37,742 nucleotides of DNA. It comes from Pseudomonadota bacterium. GTDB taxonomy: Bacteria > Pseudomonadota > Alphaproteobacteria > Rhodobacterales > Rhodobacteraceae. Below, piece by piece: positions 1 through 8,736 of the stretch. Position 1 is the first letter of the stretch. Each line of letters starts with the position of its first letter. The stretch spans positions 1-37,742 of the forward strand of contig JBCCNY010000001.1 in assembly GCA_039025595.1 (NCBI GenBank), in the 5' to 3' direction. The translations under genes were made by a program, and so were the position numbers. A model generated the notes under the pieces. That model had not been told where the DNA came from and searched no databases. It was given only the letters and a program-made list of their open reading frames with translations.

Positions 1-93
1 CAACGCCGTCTTCACATCATCTTCGGACAGCGCGCCCTGCTTCGTCAGCCGGTCGAAGACGCCAGAGAGGCGTTCGGATAGATTTTCAAACAT
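1..93 (-). CDS. ffh: Signal recognition particle protein Ffh, N-terminal fragment (runs off window start)
   Basis: Reverse complement of 1-93 reads MFENLSERLSGVFDRLTKQGALSEDDVKTAL, the typical Ffh N-terminus; GGAGG 7 nt upstream of ATG at 93. Not in ORF track. Confidence 0.95.
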   Translation of the reverse strand, partial: MFENLSERLSGVFDRLTKQGALSEDDVKTAL

Positions 94-160
94 GCCTCGG
101 CCTCCTTCACCGGTTGCGGTCATGTCCTCCCAACATAGGGACGACGGCTCAAACGATAAA

Positions 161-240
161 CGCCCCCACGGGCGAAACTCGCTGGTGGGGGGCGATCCCG
201 GGTCAGTGCCCAAGGGACCGGAAGAACACACGCCTTCCGA
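161..240 (-). ncRNA. Structured ffh 5' leader (likely the alphaproteobacterial ffh RNA motif)
   Basis: Three hairpins between promoter and ffh start: 161-194 (CGCCCCCAC...GTGGGGGGCG), 201-219 (GGTC...GACC), 219-239 (CGGAAG...CTTCCG). A conserved RNA motif is known upstream of ffh in alphaproteobacteria; identity not verified by search. Confidence 0.7.
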
Positions 241-252
241 AGTATGGTGCCG

Positions 253-281
253 CGCTTAAGCTTCTGATCCGGTTAAGTCAA
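253..281 (-). promoter_or_regulatory. Putative sigma70 promoter of ffh
   Basis: Minus strand TTGACT-N17-TAAGCG, placing +1 near 246 just ahead of the leader hairpins. Confidence 0.55.
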
Positions 282-409
282 GCCGGACGGAGGGCTGACG
301 GACGCAACCGGCTTAGCAACACCCATCGAAAACTCCAAAACCGCCTTAATAACGCCCGATTGAGCTTGGATGTTTCGGCGTCGCACAATCATAGAGGGGT
401 CTCAAAGAC

Positions 410-1690
410 ATGCTACGCAACGCCTATCATTTGCTTTTGGGGCTCCTAGCTCTGCCATTTCTCTTTTTGTTGCAGTTCAGAACGATGTGGGCTTTCACAA
501 AAAGCCTTTTCGACGGGTTGACCGATGTCTCACTGAGCGAGCCGGAACATCATGAGAAAATCGCATATGATACGGTGGACGCCACCCCATCTATGAAACA
601 GAGATTTGCCGTCGCGGAACTCTGCCAGTCGTTGATTGAGGCTGAAGATTGGGTGGGGCTTTCAGAGAAGCTGACGCATTGGGATCAAACGCGGGAGAAG
701 AGCGATGCCGGTTATGCGCTCGCCTCAACCGCGCGCGACACCGTTCTGAATTGTATGGCCGAGGCGGTTGTGGAGGGTCATACCTGTCACCCCGATCCGA
801 TCCTTATCTTTGCGGATGAAACCGTGGAGTTCATGGAGACACTCGTTGAAAAACACCCAGAGTGTTACCCGCTTTTGGCACTTGCCGCAGATATGCGCTG
901 TTATCAGGGATGGGTGTCGCGCGGGGCGGATTATTCGCAATATGTCACGGATGATGGCTGGTTTGGTATGGCGCAGCACTTTGCCAAAGCTCAGGCTTTG
1001 CTTGATACCCATGATCCTGTCGCCATGAACGCCCCGCTTCTGGCCGCGGTCAGACACAAGCTTTTGGCATTTATGCCGGATGCGGATAAGCATGTCGGTC
1101 TATTCTATGAGCAATGGAGCGATCTTGATCTCGTGGATCAGGAACCGCACGCCAAGCATGCCATAATGATGCTCCCTCGCTGGTTCGGCTCTGAACAGAC
1201 ACTGGAGATTGAAGCCCAGAAAGCGGCCATACGGACAGCCGAAGTGACAGGAGATGCGGCGTATTTCAGCATGTATCGACGTGCGTTCGACGCCTGGGAC
1301 CCAAGTATATTGAACCTTGATACGCAGGCGCTTGGTCTGGGGGCGCATGATCTCATCACACTGCGCAACGACGATCCGGCTGTGGTCGCGGAAGTCATTC
1401 AGAAAATGCTGTGGTGGACCGCCATCGGGTCAGATCGGGATTACAGCAAAAGTGAACGTGAGATCTGGTCTGGTCTGGCTGCCGAAATTGATGAGATTCG
1501 ACGCGATATCACCATGAACCGTCTTTTGGCAATTTGTCCCGCTGCATGGGAGGGTGGAGTCGAAGACGCGCTTGATACGTTGTCGTTCTTTATTCAAGAC
1601 GACATCAAAGCCGGTTCAACATTCAGACTTGGGAAAACCGGCTTTGAGATCTTTCCGCACGCCTCCGGTCAAATGGCTCGTCCTGCTTGA
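410..1690 (+). CDS. Hypothetical membrane-anchored protein, DUF4034-like
   Basis: 426-aa ORF; N-terminal hydrophobic segment; motifs YQGWVSRG...V...GW and MMLPRWFGS resemble DUF4034-type proteins. Family call tentative. Confidence 0.6.
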   Translation: MLRNAYHLLLGLLALPFLFLLQFRTMWAFTKSLFDGLTDVSLSEPEHHEKIAYDTVDATPSMKQRFAVAELCQSLIEAEDWVGLSEKLTHWDQTREKSDAGYALASTARDTVLNCMAEAVVEGHTCHPDPILIFADETVEFMETLVEKHPECYPLLALAADMRCYQGWVSRGADYSQYVTDDGWFGMAQHFAKAQALLDTHDPVAMNAPLLAAVRHKLLAFMPDADKHVGLFYEQWSDLDLVDQEPHAKHAIMMLPRWFGSEQTLEIEAQKAAIRTAEVTGDAAYFSMYRRAFDAWDPSILNLDTQALGLGAHDLITLRNDDPAVVAEVIQKMLWWTAIGSDRDYSKSEREIWSGLAAEIDEIRRDITMNRLLAICPAAWEGGVEDALDTLSFFIQDDIKAGSTFRLGKTGFEIFPHASGQMARPA

Positions 1691-1793
1691 AAAGGGACCT
1701 TTCAGCAAGCTCGGACGTTTTCGCTTTAACCAATTGACTGACGCTCTTAAACCATGACGCATTGTGGTTAAAACGAACCTGCCGGACTAAGCT

Positions 1794-2327
1794 ATGGATG
1801 CGTCTTCCGCCCATCAAGACACGCTGCCTGTGACCTCAGATCAGATGCTGGACAGGCTGCGCGCGGCAGGCCTTGCATTTGAGTACTATGAGCATGCCGT
1901 GCTGCGGACGGTGGAGGATGCCAAACGCATTCAGGGCAGCGTCCTGCCGATGGAGGCGGGGCATATTGACGTCAAGAACTTCTATCTGCGCGACCGCAAA
2001 AAGCGGAATTACCTCGTTGTGCTGGAACAGGACCGGACAATCGATCTAAAAGCTCTCGGGGCGCAGATCGGTGCGGGTAGTGTCTCGTTCGGCTCCCCCG
2101 AACGGCTGATGGAGTATCTCGGCGTGCGGCCCGGTGCGGTGACGCCGCTGGCAATGGTCACCGGGGCGGCCAAAGGTGTTCGCCTTTACATGGACCGGGC
2201 TGTTGAGCGCGCTGCGCATATCCATGTGCACCCGCTGGTCAATGACCGCACAGTGACCTTGCGCAGTTGCGATCTGCTGTCACTTTTGAAGACGTGGGGC
2301 GCAACGCCCGTATGGCTTGATCTTTAG
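1794..2327 (+). CDS. YbaK/ProX (ProXp-ala/PrdX-like) aminoacyl-tRNA deacylase
   Basis: EH...TVED, KNFYLRDRKK (conserved Lys), SFGSPERL..YLGVRPGAVTPL, HPLVNDRT motifs. Confidence 0.9.
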   Translation: MDASSAHQDTLPVTSDQMLDRLRAAGLAFEYYEHAVLRTVEDAKRIQGSVLPMEAGHIDVKNFYLRDRKKRNYLVVLEQDRTIDLKALGAQIGAGSVSFGSPERLMEYLGVRPGAVTPLAMVTGAAKGVRLYMDRAVERAAHIHVHPLVNDRTVTLRSCDLLSLLKTWGATPVWLDL

Positions 2328-2473
2328 TCCGCCGCATCCGACCGCTGTGAAAGATCAACCTTCCGGTTGAATATTGCAGTTGCGGCGAAAAGGATGATTT
2401 TTAGATTTTCAACTTCGGATAGATGGAAAAATAATACAATAAAAACAAGGGCTTGAACTTCTATTCGGGTGCC

Positions 2474-2502
2474 TTGACTCAGCCCTGACCAATGCCTAGC
2501 AC
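2474..2502 (+). promoter_or_regulatory. Putative sigma70 promoter of F0 operon
   Basis: TTGACT-N17-TAGCAC with AT-rich upstream tract; supports a start at GTG 2528 rather than ATG 2492. Confidence 0.55.
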
Positions 2503-2527
2503 TGTCGCAACGGTTTCGGAGAGGATT

Positions 2528-2866
2528 GTGGGTGGCGAAGACCCTGACGACCGGTTGAGCGATCTGGACAGACGCATCGCCGCGCTGAAGGACAAGGACG
2601 CGCCCCCGCCGCATCAAGAGAGCCATTACAGTCAGGCGCAACTCGCTTGGCGCATGGTGATCGAACTTGTGGCAGGTCTTGGGATCGGGTTTGGCATGGG
2701 ATACGGGCTGGACAGCCTGTTCGGGACACTCCCGATCTTCCTTGTCATATTTACATTTCTGGGTCTTGCGGCAGGGATCAAAACAATGATCGCCACGTCC
2801 AAAGAGGTCCATGCCAAGAGCGATGCCGCCGCGCGCGAGCGTGGCGATACGAACGAAGAGGGGTAG
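2528..2866 (+). CDS. atpI: ATP synthase protein I (AtpZ/AtpI family)
   Basis: [30 protein letters not shown] motif, first gene before atpB; GTG 2528 follows GGAGAGGA. Start inferred. Confidence 0.9.
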   Translation: MGGEDPDDRLSDLDRRIAALKDKDAPPPHQESHYSQAQLAWRMVIELVAGLGIGFGMGYGLDSLFGTLPIFLVIFTFLGLAAGIKTMIATSKEVHAKSDAAARERGDTNEEG

Positions 2867-2867
2867 C

Positions 2868-3620
2868 ATGGCGAGTGAAGCAGCAGAGGGCGGCGGTCTG
2901 AAAATCGCACCTATGGACCAGTTCATCGTCAAGCCGCTTTTCGGTGGTGATACGATATCTTGGTTCACGCTGACGAATGCCACCCTTTGGATGGCGATTG
3001 CAGTTCTCTGCGTGATCCTTTTGATGGTCATGGGCACGCGCAACCGCGCGATGGTGCCGACCCGCGCTCAGTCCGTAAGTGAAATGATCTACGGCTTCGT
3101 GCGCAAGATGGTGGAAGACGTCGCTGGCAAGGACGGACTCGTTTACTTCCCTTATATCATCACGCTGTTCATGTTCATCCTGCTAGCGAATGTTCTGGCG
3201 CTGATCCCAATGTCGTTTTCGGCAACCTCGCATATAGCGGTCACCGCGGTGATGGGTTTTTCGGTCTTCTTCACGGTCACCGCAATCGGCTTCATCAAGA
3301 ACGGCACCGGCTTCCTGTCACTGTTTTGGGTGTCTTCTGCGCCGCTGGCGCTTCGCCCGATCCTTGCGGTCATCGAGCTTATTTCATACTTCGTGCGCCC
3401 CGTGAGCCACTCGGTTCGTCTGGCTGGCGCGATCATGGCGGGGCACGCCGTGGTCAAAGTGTTTGCTGGCTTTGCGGCCGTAGCCGCCGTCGCACCGCTG
3501 GCTATTGGCGGGATGGTTGCGATCTATGCGCTCGAACTGCTCGTGGCCTGCATCCAGGCTTACGTATTTACCATTCTGACATGCGTCTATCTGAAAGACG
3601 CGCTTCATCCACATCACTGA
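2868..3620 (+). CDS. atpB: F0F1 ATP synthase subunit a
   Basis: [24 protein letters not shown] (essential Arg), [17 protein letters not shown]; ATG 2868 one base after atpI stop. Confidence 0.97.
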   Translation: MASEAAEGGGLKIAPMDQFIVKPLFGGDTISWFTLTNATLWMAIAVLCVILLMVMGTRNRAMVPTRAQSVSEMIYGFVRKMVEDVAGKDGLVYFPYIITLFMFILLANVLALIPMSFSATSHIAVTAVMGFSVFFTVTAIGFIKNGTGFLSLFWVSSAPLALRPILAVIELISYFVRPVSHSVRLAGAIMAGHAVVKVFAGFAAVAAVAPLAIGGMVAIYALELLVACIQAYVFTILTCVYLKDALHPHH

Positions 3621-3666
3621 TCAAACGTCACGTATGACATACGTCCAACTGTAAGGAGTTAGGGAC

Positions 3667-3903
3667 ATGGAAGGCGATATCGCACAAATGGGTCAATTCA
3701 TCGGCGCAGGCCTGGCAGCCATCGGTTCAGGTGCCGCTGCGATCGGTGTGGGCCACGTTGCTGGCAACTTCCTCGCTGGCGCATTGCGCAACCCGTCGGC
3801 GGCTGGCGCCCAAACGGCAACCCTTTTCATTGGCATCGCGTTTGCCGAAGCTCTGGGCATCTTCTCGTTCCTAGTTGCTCTACTATTGATGTTCGCTGTC
3901 TAG
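3667..3903 (+). CDS. atpE: F0F1 ATP synthase subunit c
   Basis: 78 aa, Gly-rich helix, RNP loop, AFAEALGIF proton-binding Glu. Confidence 0.98.
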   Translation: MEGDIAQMGQFIGAGLAAIGSGAAAIGVGHVAGNFLAGALRNPSAAGAQTATLFIGIAFAEALGIFSFLVALLLMFAV

Positions 3904-3981
3904 GACAGTCTGTTGTTTATCCTTGCCACAGGTGTAGCGGCCACGCCGCGCCTGTATGATTGCTAAGGGAAGGAGACGCTT

Positions 3982-4533
3982 ATGGCAGAAGAACCAATTA
4001 CCCAAGAGCTTGCCGGGGCCTGTGTTGACGCGAGCGGCGGTGCCATTGGCATGCCACAACTATGCCCTGGGTGGTTTTCCAACCAGATCTTCTGGCTGGT
4101 GGTCACGCTGGTCGTGGTCTTCCTGATCTTGTCGCGTATCGCCCTACCGCGGATCGCGGGTATTCTGGCGGAGCGCCAAGGGACGATCACCAACGATCTG
4201 GCCGCGGCTGAGGATTTCAAGGCGAAGGCCGAGGCAGCCGAAGAGGCCTATCAGAAGGCCCTTGCCGATGCGCGGGCCGAAGCGCAAGCGATCATCACGC
4301 AGACAAAAGCGGAGATCAAAGCCGAGCTGGAGGCCGCGACGAAGAAAGCGGACGCTGAAATCTCGGCGCGAACCGCCGATAGTGAAGCCAAGATCGCCGA
4401 GATCCGCGAAGGCGCCCTTGAGAGTATCAAGGCAGTGTCCAAAGACACGGCAAAGGAACTCGTCGGAGCGATGGGCGTGAAAGCCGAGGCGCGCGCCGTC
4501 ACTGCCGCGGTTAATGCGCGGCTGAAAGGGTAG
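3982..4533 (+). CDS. atpX: F0F1 ATP synthase subunit b' (AtpX/AtpF2)
   Basis: GMPQL...NQIFWL, single TM, Ala/Glu/Lys coiled coil; position between atpE and atpF; AAGGAG RBS. Confidence 0.93.
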   Translation: MAEEPITQELAGACVDASGGAIGMPQLCPGWFSNQIFWLVVTLVVVFLILSRIALPRIAGILAERQGTITNDLAAAEDFKAKAEAAEEAYQKALADARAEAQAIITQTKAEIKAELEAATKKADAEISARTADSEAKIAEIREGALESIKAVSKDTAKELVGAMGVKAEARAVTAAVNARLKG

Positions 4534-4537
4534 CCCA

Positions 4538-5101
4538 ATGATGCGACTGACACTCATCACAACAGGCGCCGCGCTGGGCGCAAGCCCGGCCCTCGCGGCG
4601 AGCGGGCCCTTCTTTTCGCTGGGCAACAGCGATTTCGTCGTTACGATTGCCTTCCTGCTCTTCATAGGGGTTCTGATCGCTTTGAAAGTGCCGGGTACGC
4701 TCGCGGGCATGTTGGACAAACGGGCCGATGGCATCAAATCTGAACTCGACGAAGCGCAGGCCCTGCGAGAAGAGGCCAAGACGCTTTTGGCGAGCTATGA
4801 ACGCAAGAAAAAAGAAGTGCAGGAGCAAGCGGACCGGATCGTTGCTCAGGCCAAAGTAGAGGCGCAGGAGGCAGCGGAGGCCGCTAAGAGCGATTTGGAG
4901 GCCGCCATTTCACGACGTGTCAAGGCGGCGGAGGATCAGATCGCTTCGGCGGAAGCTGGGGCCGTGAAAGAGGTCCGCGATCGGGCGATTGCAACCGCGG
5001 TGGATGTAGCCAAAGAGTTGGTCGCCGAAGGCCTGACAGACGCGCAGCGCTCGGATTTGATCGCAACTTCGATCGGTGAGGTTGAAACAAAACTGCACTG
5101 A
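4538..5101 (+). CDS. atpF: F0F1 ATP synthase subunit b
   Basis: Leader-like N-terminus ending ASPALAA, GPFFSL.NSDFVV, LDKRADGIKSELDEA coiled coil. Confidence 0.95.
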   Translation: MMRLTLITTGAALGASPALAASGPFFSLGNSDFVVTIAFLLFIGVLIALKVPGTLAGMLDKRADGIKSELDEAQALREEAKTLLASYERKKKEVQEQADRIVAQAKVEAQEAAEAAKSDLEAAISRRVKAAEDQIASAEAGAVKEVRDRAIATAVDVAKELVAEGLTDAQRSDLIATSIGEVETKLH

Positions 5102-5164
5102 GCAACGAACAGTTTCTAGGACGCCCTATCTCCGAGAACTGTGTGGCATCCCAAGCGAAAACTG

Positions 5165-5189
5165 GAGGGGGCCGTTTAATCGGCCCCTC
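5165..5189 (+). terminator. GC-rich hairpin downstream of F0 operon (possible terminator/stability element)
   Basis: GGGGCCG-TTTAAT-CGGCCCC stem-loop; no immediate U-tract. Confidence 0.4.
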
Positions 5190-5427
5190 ACACAGCCCTG
5201 CCACGTTTTCTGGGATGATGTGGCCCGTTGCAAGGCCGCGCATTCGAACTTCTTCGGACGATATAGACGAACCGTTTCGAATCGGTCAACGCCCATGATT
5301 CGTTTTGTAGTAGAAAACCGCGTTTTCTGACAAAAACAACGTATGCGGTCCGATTGCGGGCCGATACGGAAACGGCTTGAGGCGCTATTTCAGGAAGGCT
5401 AGATCTCGGGGATAGGAGAGAGATGCG

Positions 5428-6543
5428 ATGAGCTTCAATACGTTTGGCCGTTTGTTCCGCGTCACGACGTGGGGCGAAAGCCATGGGCCAGCGCTTGGTG
5501 CGACGGTGGATGGCTGTCCGCCGGGCATCCCCGTGGACGAGGCCTATTTACAGACGTTTCTGGATCGGCGCCGCCCTGGTCAAAGCAAGCATACAACGCA
5601 GCGCAAAGAGGCGGATGCGGTGCGCATTCTCTCGGGTGTGTTTGAGGGGAAAACGACCGGGACACCGATCCAGTTGATGATCGAGAACACCGATCAGCGC
5701 AGCAAGGATTACGGTGACATTGCCCACACTTTTCGGCCGGGTCATGCGGATATCACCTATCACCAGAAATACGGGCTTCGGGATTACCGGGGTGGGGGGA
5801 GATCTTCTGCACGCGAAACAGCAGCTCGGGTTGCCGCCAGCGGCGTCGCTCAGGCCGCGCTGCGCGCTTTAGCACCGGATATCGAGATCCGGGGGTATAT
5901 GACGCGGATGGGAAAGATGGAGATCGATCGCAAAGCGATGGACTGGGCAGAGATCGATCGTAACGATTTTTTCCTGCCCGATGCCGGTGCTGTCGCACAT
6001 TGGGAGAGTTATCTGCAATCCATCCGGAAGGCGCAGACATCAGTCGGGGCAGAGATTGAGGTGGTATGCCGTGGCGCGCCTGCCGGACTTGGTGCGCCGA
6101 TTTACGGCAAGCTCGATACGGATCTGGCCGCGGCGATGATGTCAATCAATGCGGTTAAGGGCGTGGAAATCGGTGAAGGCATGGAGGCGGCCCGGCTGAC
6201 CGGCACAGACAATGCCGACGAGATATTCATGGGAGAGAACGGACCCGAATATGGCTCGAACCATGCCGGTGGCATCTTGGGCGGTATCTCGACGGGTCAA
6301 CAGATCGTGGTGCGGTTTGCGGTGAAACCGACCTCATCCATCCTGACGCCACGCCGCTCGATCCGAATGGATGGATCCGCGACCGAGGTGATCACCAAAG
6401 GCCGTCATGACCCTTGCGTGGGAATCCGCGCCGTGCCGGTGGGCGAAGCGATGATGGCCTGCGTCATCCTCGATCACCTGCTGATGCATAGAGGCCAGGT
6501 GGGCGAAGGTTTGCCCGGACAGATCGGACCGGGCACGGGTTGA
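5428..6543 (+). CDS. aroC: Chorismate synthase
   Basis: [30 protein letters not shown] signatures. Confidence 0.98.
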   Translation: MSFNTFGRLFRVTTWGESHGPALGATVDGCPPGIPVDEAYLQTFLDRRRPGQSKHTTQRKEADAVRILSGVFEGKTTGTPIQLMIENTDQRSKDYGDIAHTFRPGHADITYHQKYGLRDYRGGGRSSARETAARVAASGVAQAALRALAPDIEIRGYMTRMGKMEIDRKAMDWAEIDRNDFFLPDAGAVAHWESYLQSIRKAQTSVGAEIEVVCRGAPAGLGAPIYGKLDTDLAAAMMSINAVKGVEIGEGMEAARLTGTDNADEIFMGENGPEYGSNHAGGILGGISTGQQIVVRFAVKPTSSILTPRRSIRMDGSATEVITKGRHDPCVGIRAVPVGEAMMACVILDHLLMHRGQVGEGLPGQIGPGTG

Positions 6544-6552
6544 ACCCGGGTG

Positions 6553-6585
6553 GCCTCCGGCGGGGATACTTTTGGCAAGAAGAAG
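6553..6585 (+). repeat. REP-like intergenic repeat, copy 1
   Basis: GCCTCCGGCGGGGATACTTTTGGCAAGAAGAAG between convergent aroC and DMT genes; similar to 9621-9642 and reverse complement of 9656-9688. Confidence 0.65.
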
Positions 6586-6592
6586 GCCGGCT

Positions 6593-7465
6593 TTATTTTG
6601 ATGTGCTTTGTCGCGACATCTGCACGGCGAGGATGCCCGCGGTGACAATCAGAACGCCCGCCGCATCCCAACCCCCCAACTCTTCGCCCAGGATTATTGC
6701 GGCGATCGCCACGCCGAAGAATGGGTTCAGGAAATGAAACGTGGCCGCGCGTGTGGCACCGATCCTATTGACGAGTGCAAACCAGACCAGGGTCGCCGCG
6801 AGTCCGGGGACGAGCGTTGTATAGGCAAAGGCGGCCCCCAACTTCCAGGACCAGTTGATCACAAGCGGTTCGGTTGCAAGACCCACGGTGGCGAGGGCTA
6901 GGCTGCCGATCAGCATCTGCAACCCGACGATCATCAACAGATTGCCGCCGGATGTCGCGCCGCGCACGGTCAGCGTCGCCACGGTCAACGCCAGGACGCC
7001 CATTATGCAAAGGATTAGGCCGTATGTATCCGCGCCACCCTCTAGCCGAGTGCCCATTATCACGGCAACGCCCGACATGCCGCTGAGCAGGCCGACAAAG
7101 CCAAGTAATCCTATCTGCTCCTTCATGAAAGTGGCGCCGGCCAGTCCAACCAGCAAAGGCATGGAAGAGGCGATAATCGCCGCCAAGGACGCCTCTATTG
7201 TCTGCATGGCTACGAAGTTCAGCCCGAGATAGAGCGCGTTCTGGCAAAGCCCGAACAGAACCGTCGCGCGCCATTGCGCAGGGCTCAGGCGCCAGCTCTG
7301 ACCCAGCCCGCGTGCGATCGCGACGCCAAGCACACCCGAAATAAGAAAACGCAGCGCCAGCGCCGTGAGCGGCGGCGCATCTGCCACAATGATACGCGCC
7401 GAGGTGAAGGCGCTCGACCACATCGCGACAAAGGCCAGCCCCATCAGGATTGCCCGAATATCCAT
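6593..7465 (-). CDS. DMT/EamA family transporter
   Basis: 290 aa, about ten hydrophobic segments, WSSAF, LRFLISG, FHFLNPFFG, LGEEL motifs. Confidence 0.92.
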   Translation of the reverse strand: MDIRAILMGLAFVAMWSSAFTSARIIVADAPPLTALALRFLISGVLGVAIARGLGQSWRLSPAQWRATVLFGLCQNALYLGLNFVAMQTIEASLAAIIASSMPLLVGLAGATFMKEQIGLLGFVGLLSGMSGVAVIMGTRLEGGADTYGLILCIMGVLALTVATLTVRGATSGGNLLMIVGLQMLIGSLALATVGLATEPLVINWSWKLGAAFAYTTLVPGLAATLVWFALVNRIGATRAATFHFLNPFFGVAIAAIILGEELGGWDAAGVLIVTAGILAVQMSRQSTSK

Positions 7466-7481
7466 ACGCTCCCTCTAACGC

Positions 7482-7508
7482 AAAAGGGCCGCCGAAACGG
7501 CGACCCCT
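7482..7508 (-). terminator. Intrinsic terminator after HU gene
   Basis: Minus strand GGGGTCGCCG-TTT-CGGCGGCCCT followed by T run. Confidence 0.7.
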
Positions 7509-7531
7509 CGCGGCTTTGAGTGACAGCGGTA

Positions 7532-7819
7532 TCAGCCGTTGACGCTGTCCTTCAAGGCTTTTGCGATGGTCATCTTAACAACCTTGTCCGCGTCTTTTTT
7601 GATTTGCTCGCCTGTCGCGGGATTGCGAACCATACGCGCGGGTCTTTCACGGCAGTAAATCTTGCCGACGCCTGGCAAAGTGACAGCGCCGCCACCAGCC
7701 ACTTCGCGTGTGATGATGCTGATCACGGCGTCTAGCGCGCCATTCGCTGTTTTCTTATCGCTGCCCATCTCGTCGGCCAATGCCGAAACCAGCTGCGTTT
7801 TGGTCATAGGTTTTGCCAT
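7532..7819 (-). CDS. HU family DNA-binding protein
   Basis: MTKTQLV, VTLPGVGK, RPARMVRNPATGEQI, KALKDSVN; GGAGA RBS. Confidence 0.95.
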   Translation of the reverse strand: MAKPMTKTQLVSALADEMGSDKKTANGALDAVISIITREVAGGGAVTLPGVGKIYCRERPARMVRNPATGEQIKKDADKVVKMTIAKALKDSVNG

Positions 7820-8313
7820 TTCAGGTCTCCTTCAGCTGCCCGTGTCTTGGGCCTCGTAGCGGAGATGTAACTGCATATTGTGGTCTTGCACAACAAATAG
7901 TGTAACAAAATAAGGTTTTTTCGCTCTTCTGAGTGGGGATTATGGCTGTTCCAACACGGAATTCGCTCTAAAGCGGCACTCGGAATGCGTGCGTTAAGAA
8001 ATGATTCGCCAACGAGTGGTGGTTGATTCCCTTGCCGCAAACCTATTTCCATGACGTCTTCGGAGAAAATTTGTCAGCATACTTTCGCTTTGGATCGCAT
8101 GATTTCATGATTTTCGTTCATGGTTTTCCGGTGTCATAAGAGATGGCGGCAGCGGATCTGCGATTGTGGCCAAACTTGTCGCTTCTTTCGTTGGGCCAAG
8201 CGCGTTGAGGTGCAGCGAACGACTGCCGCGCGGAAATTACGAGAGGATACGTGCGCTTGGTTGACACGATTGAGAGAGCCCAGCAATCTGATGCAGATTG
8301 TCAGGGATGCGGC

Positions 8314-8733
8314 ATGGATTACCAAACAGTCGAAGCGGATAAATTTGGCGCCTCCTTAAGAGGTATCGGTTTAAATCTTTTGGTGCGCGATGTTTTGGCA
8401 GAGGCGTCTTTTCTCAAAGAGATCTTTGGCATGGAAGCTTTTCAACCTTCCGACGATTTTGCGATCATGACTTATGGTGCAGCGGTTTTTCAATTGCATG
8501 CGGATGGCACGTATCATTCCAATCCGTTGCTGTCGCTTGTGCCTGAGGCAGGCGCGCGTGGCGGAGGTGCCGAAATTCGACTTTATGACACAGATCCAGA
8601 TGCGGCGACCCTACGGGCTGAACACTACGGCGCAACAGTATTGCAAGCGCCAAGCGACAAGCCGCATGGTTTGCGCGAAGCTTACATCCTGTGCGACAAT
8701 GGCTACGCCTGGGTCGCCTCTCGGCCGCTTTGA
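8314..8733 (+). CDS. VOC/glyoxalase family protein
   Basis: NLLVRDV, FQLH, EIRL, DKPHGLREAYILCDNGYAW; start moved to ATG 8314. Confidence 0.85.
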   Translation: MDYQTVEADKFGASLRGIGLNLLVRDVLAEASFLKEIFGMEAFQPSDDFAIMTYGAAVFQLHADGTYHSNPLLSLVPEAGARGGGAEIRLYDTDPDAATLRAEHYGATVLQAPSDKPHGLREAYILCDNGYAWVASRPL

Positions 8734-8736
8734 TCC

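Noticed and set aside
94-130. Upstream in-frame ATG (123) with GGAGG for ffh
   Set aside because: SD spacing only 2 nt; ATG 93 has 7-nt spacing and the canonical N-terminus.
1725-1772. TTAACCA-like half sites upstream of the ProX gene as CtrA boxes
   Set aside because: No TTAA-N7-TTAA spacing; too weak to call.
2324-3043. 239-aa minus-strand ORF and other long shadow ORFs (e.g. 17969-18763, 33333-34151, 20716-21435)
   Set aside because: Overlap well-supported genes; no recognisable domains.
2528-5101. F0 operon without F1 genes
   Set aside because: Split atp operons are normal in alphaproteobacteria.
8120-8359. Short Cys/Arg-rich ORFs in the HU-VOC spacer
   Set aside because: No RBS or family motif; overlap the VOC start.
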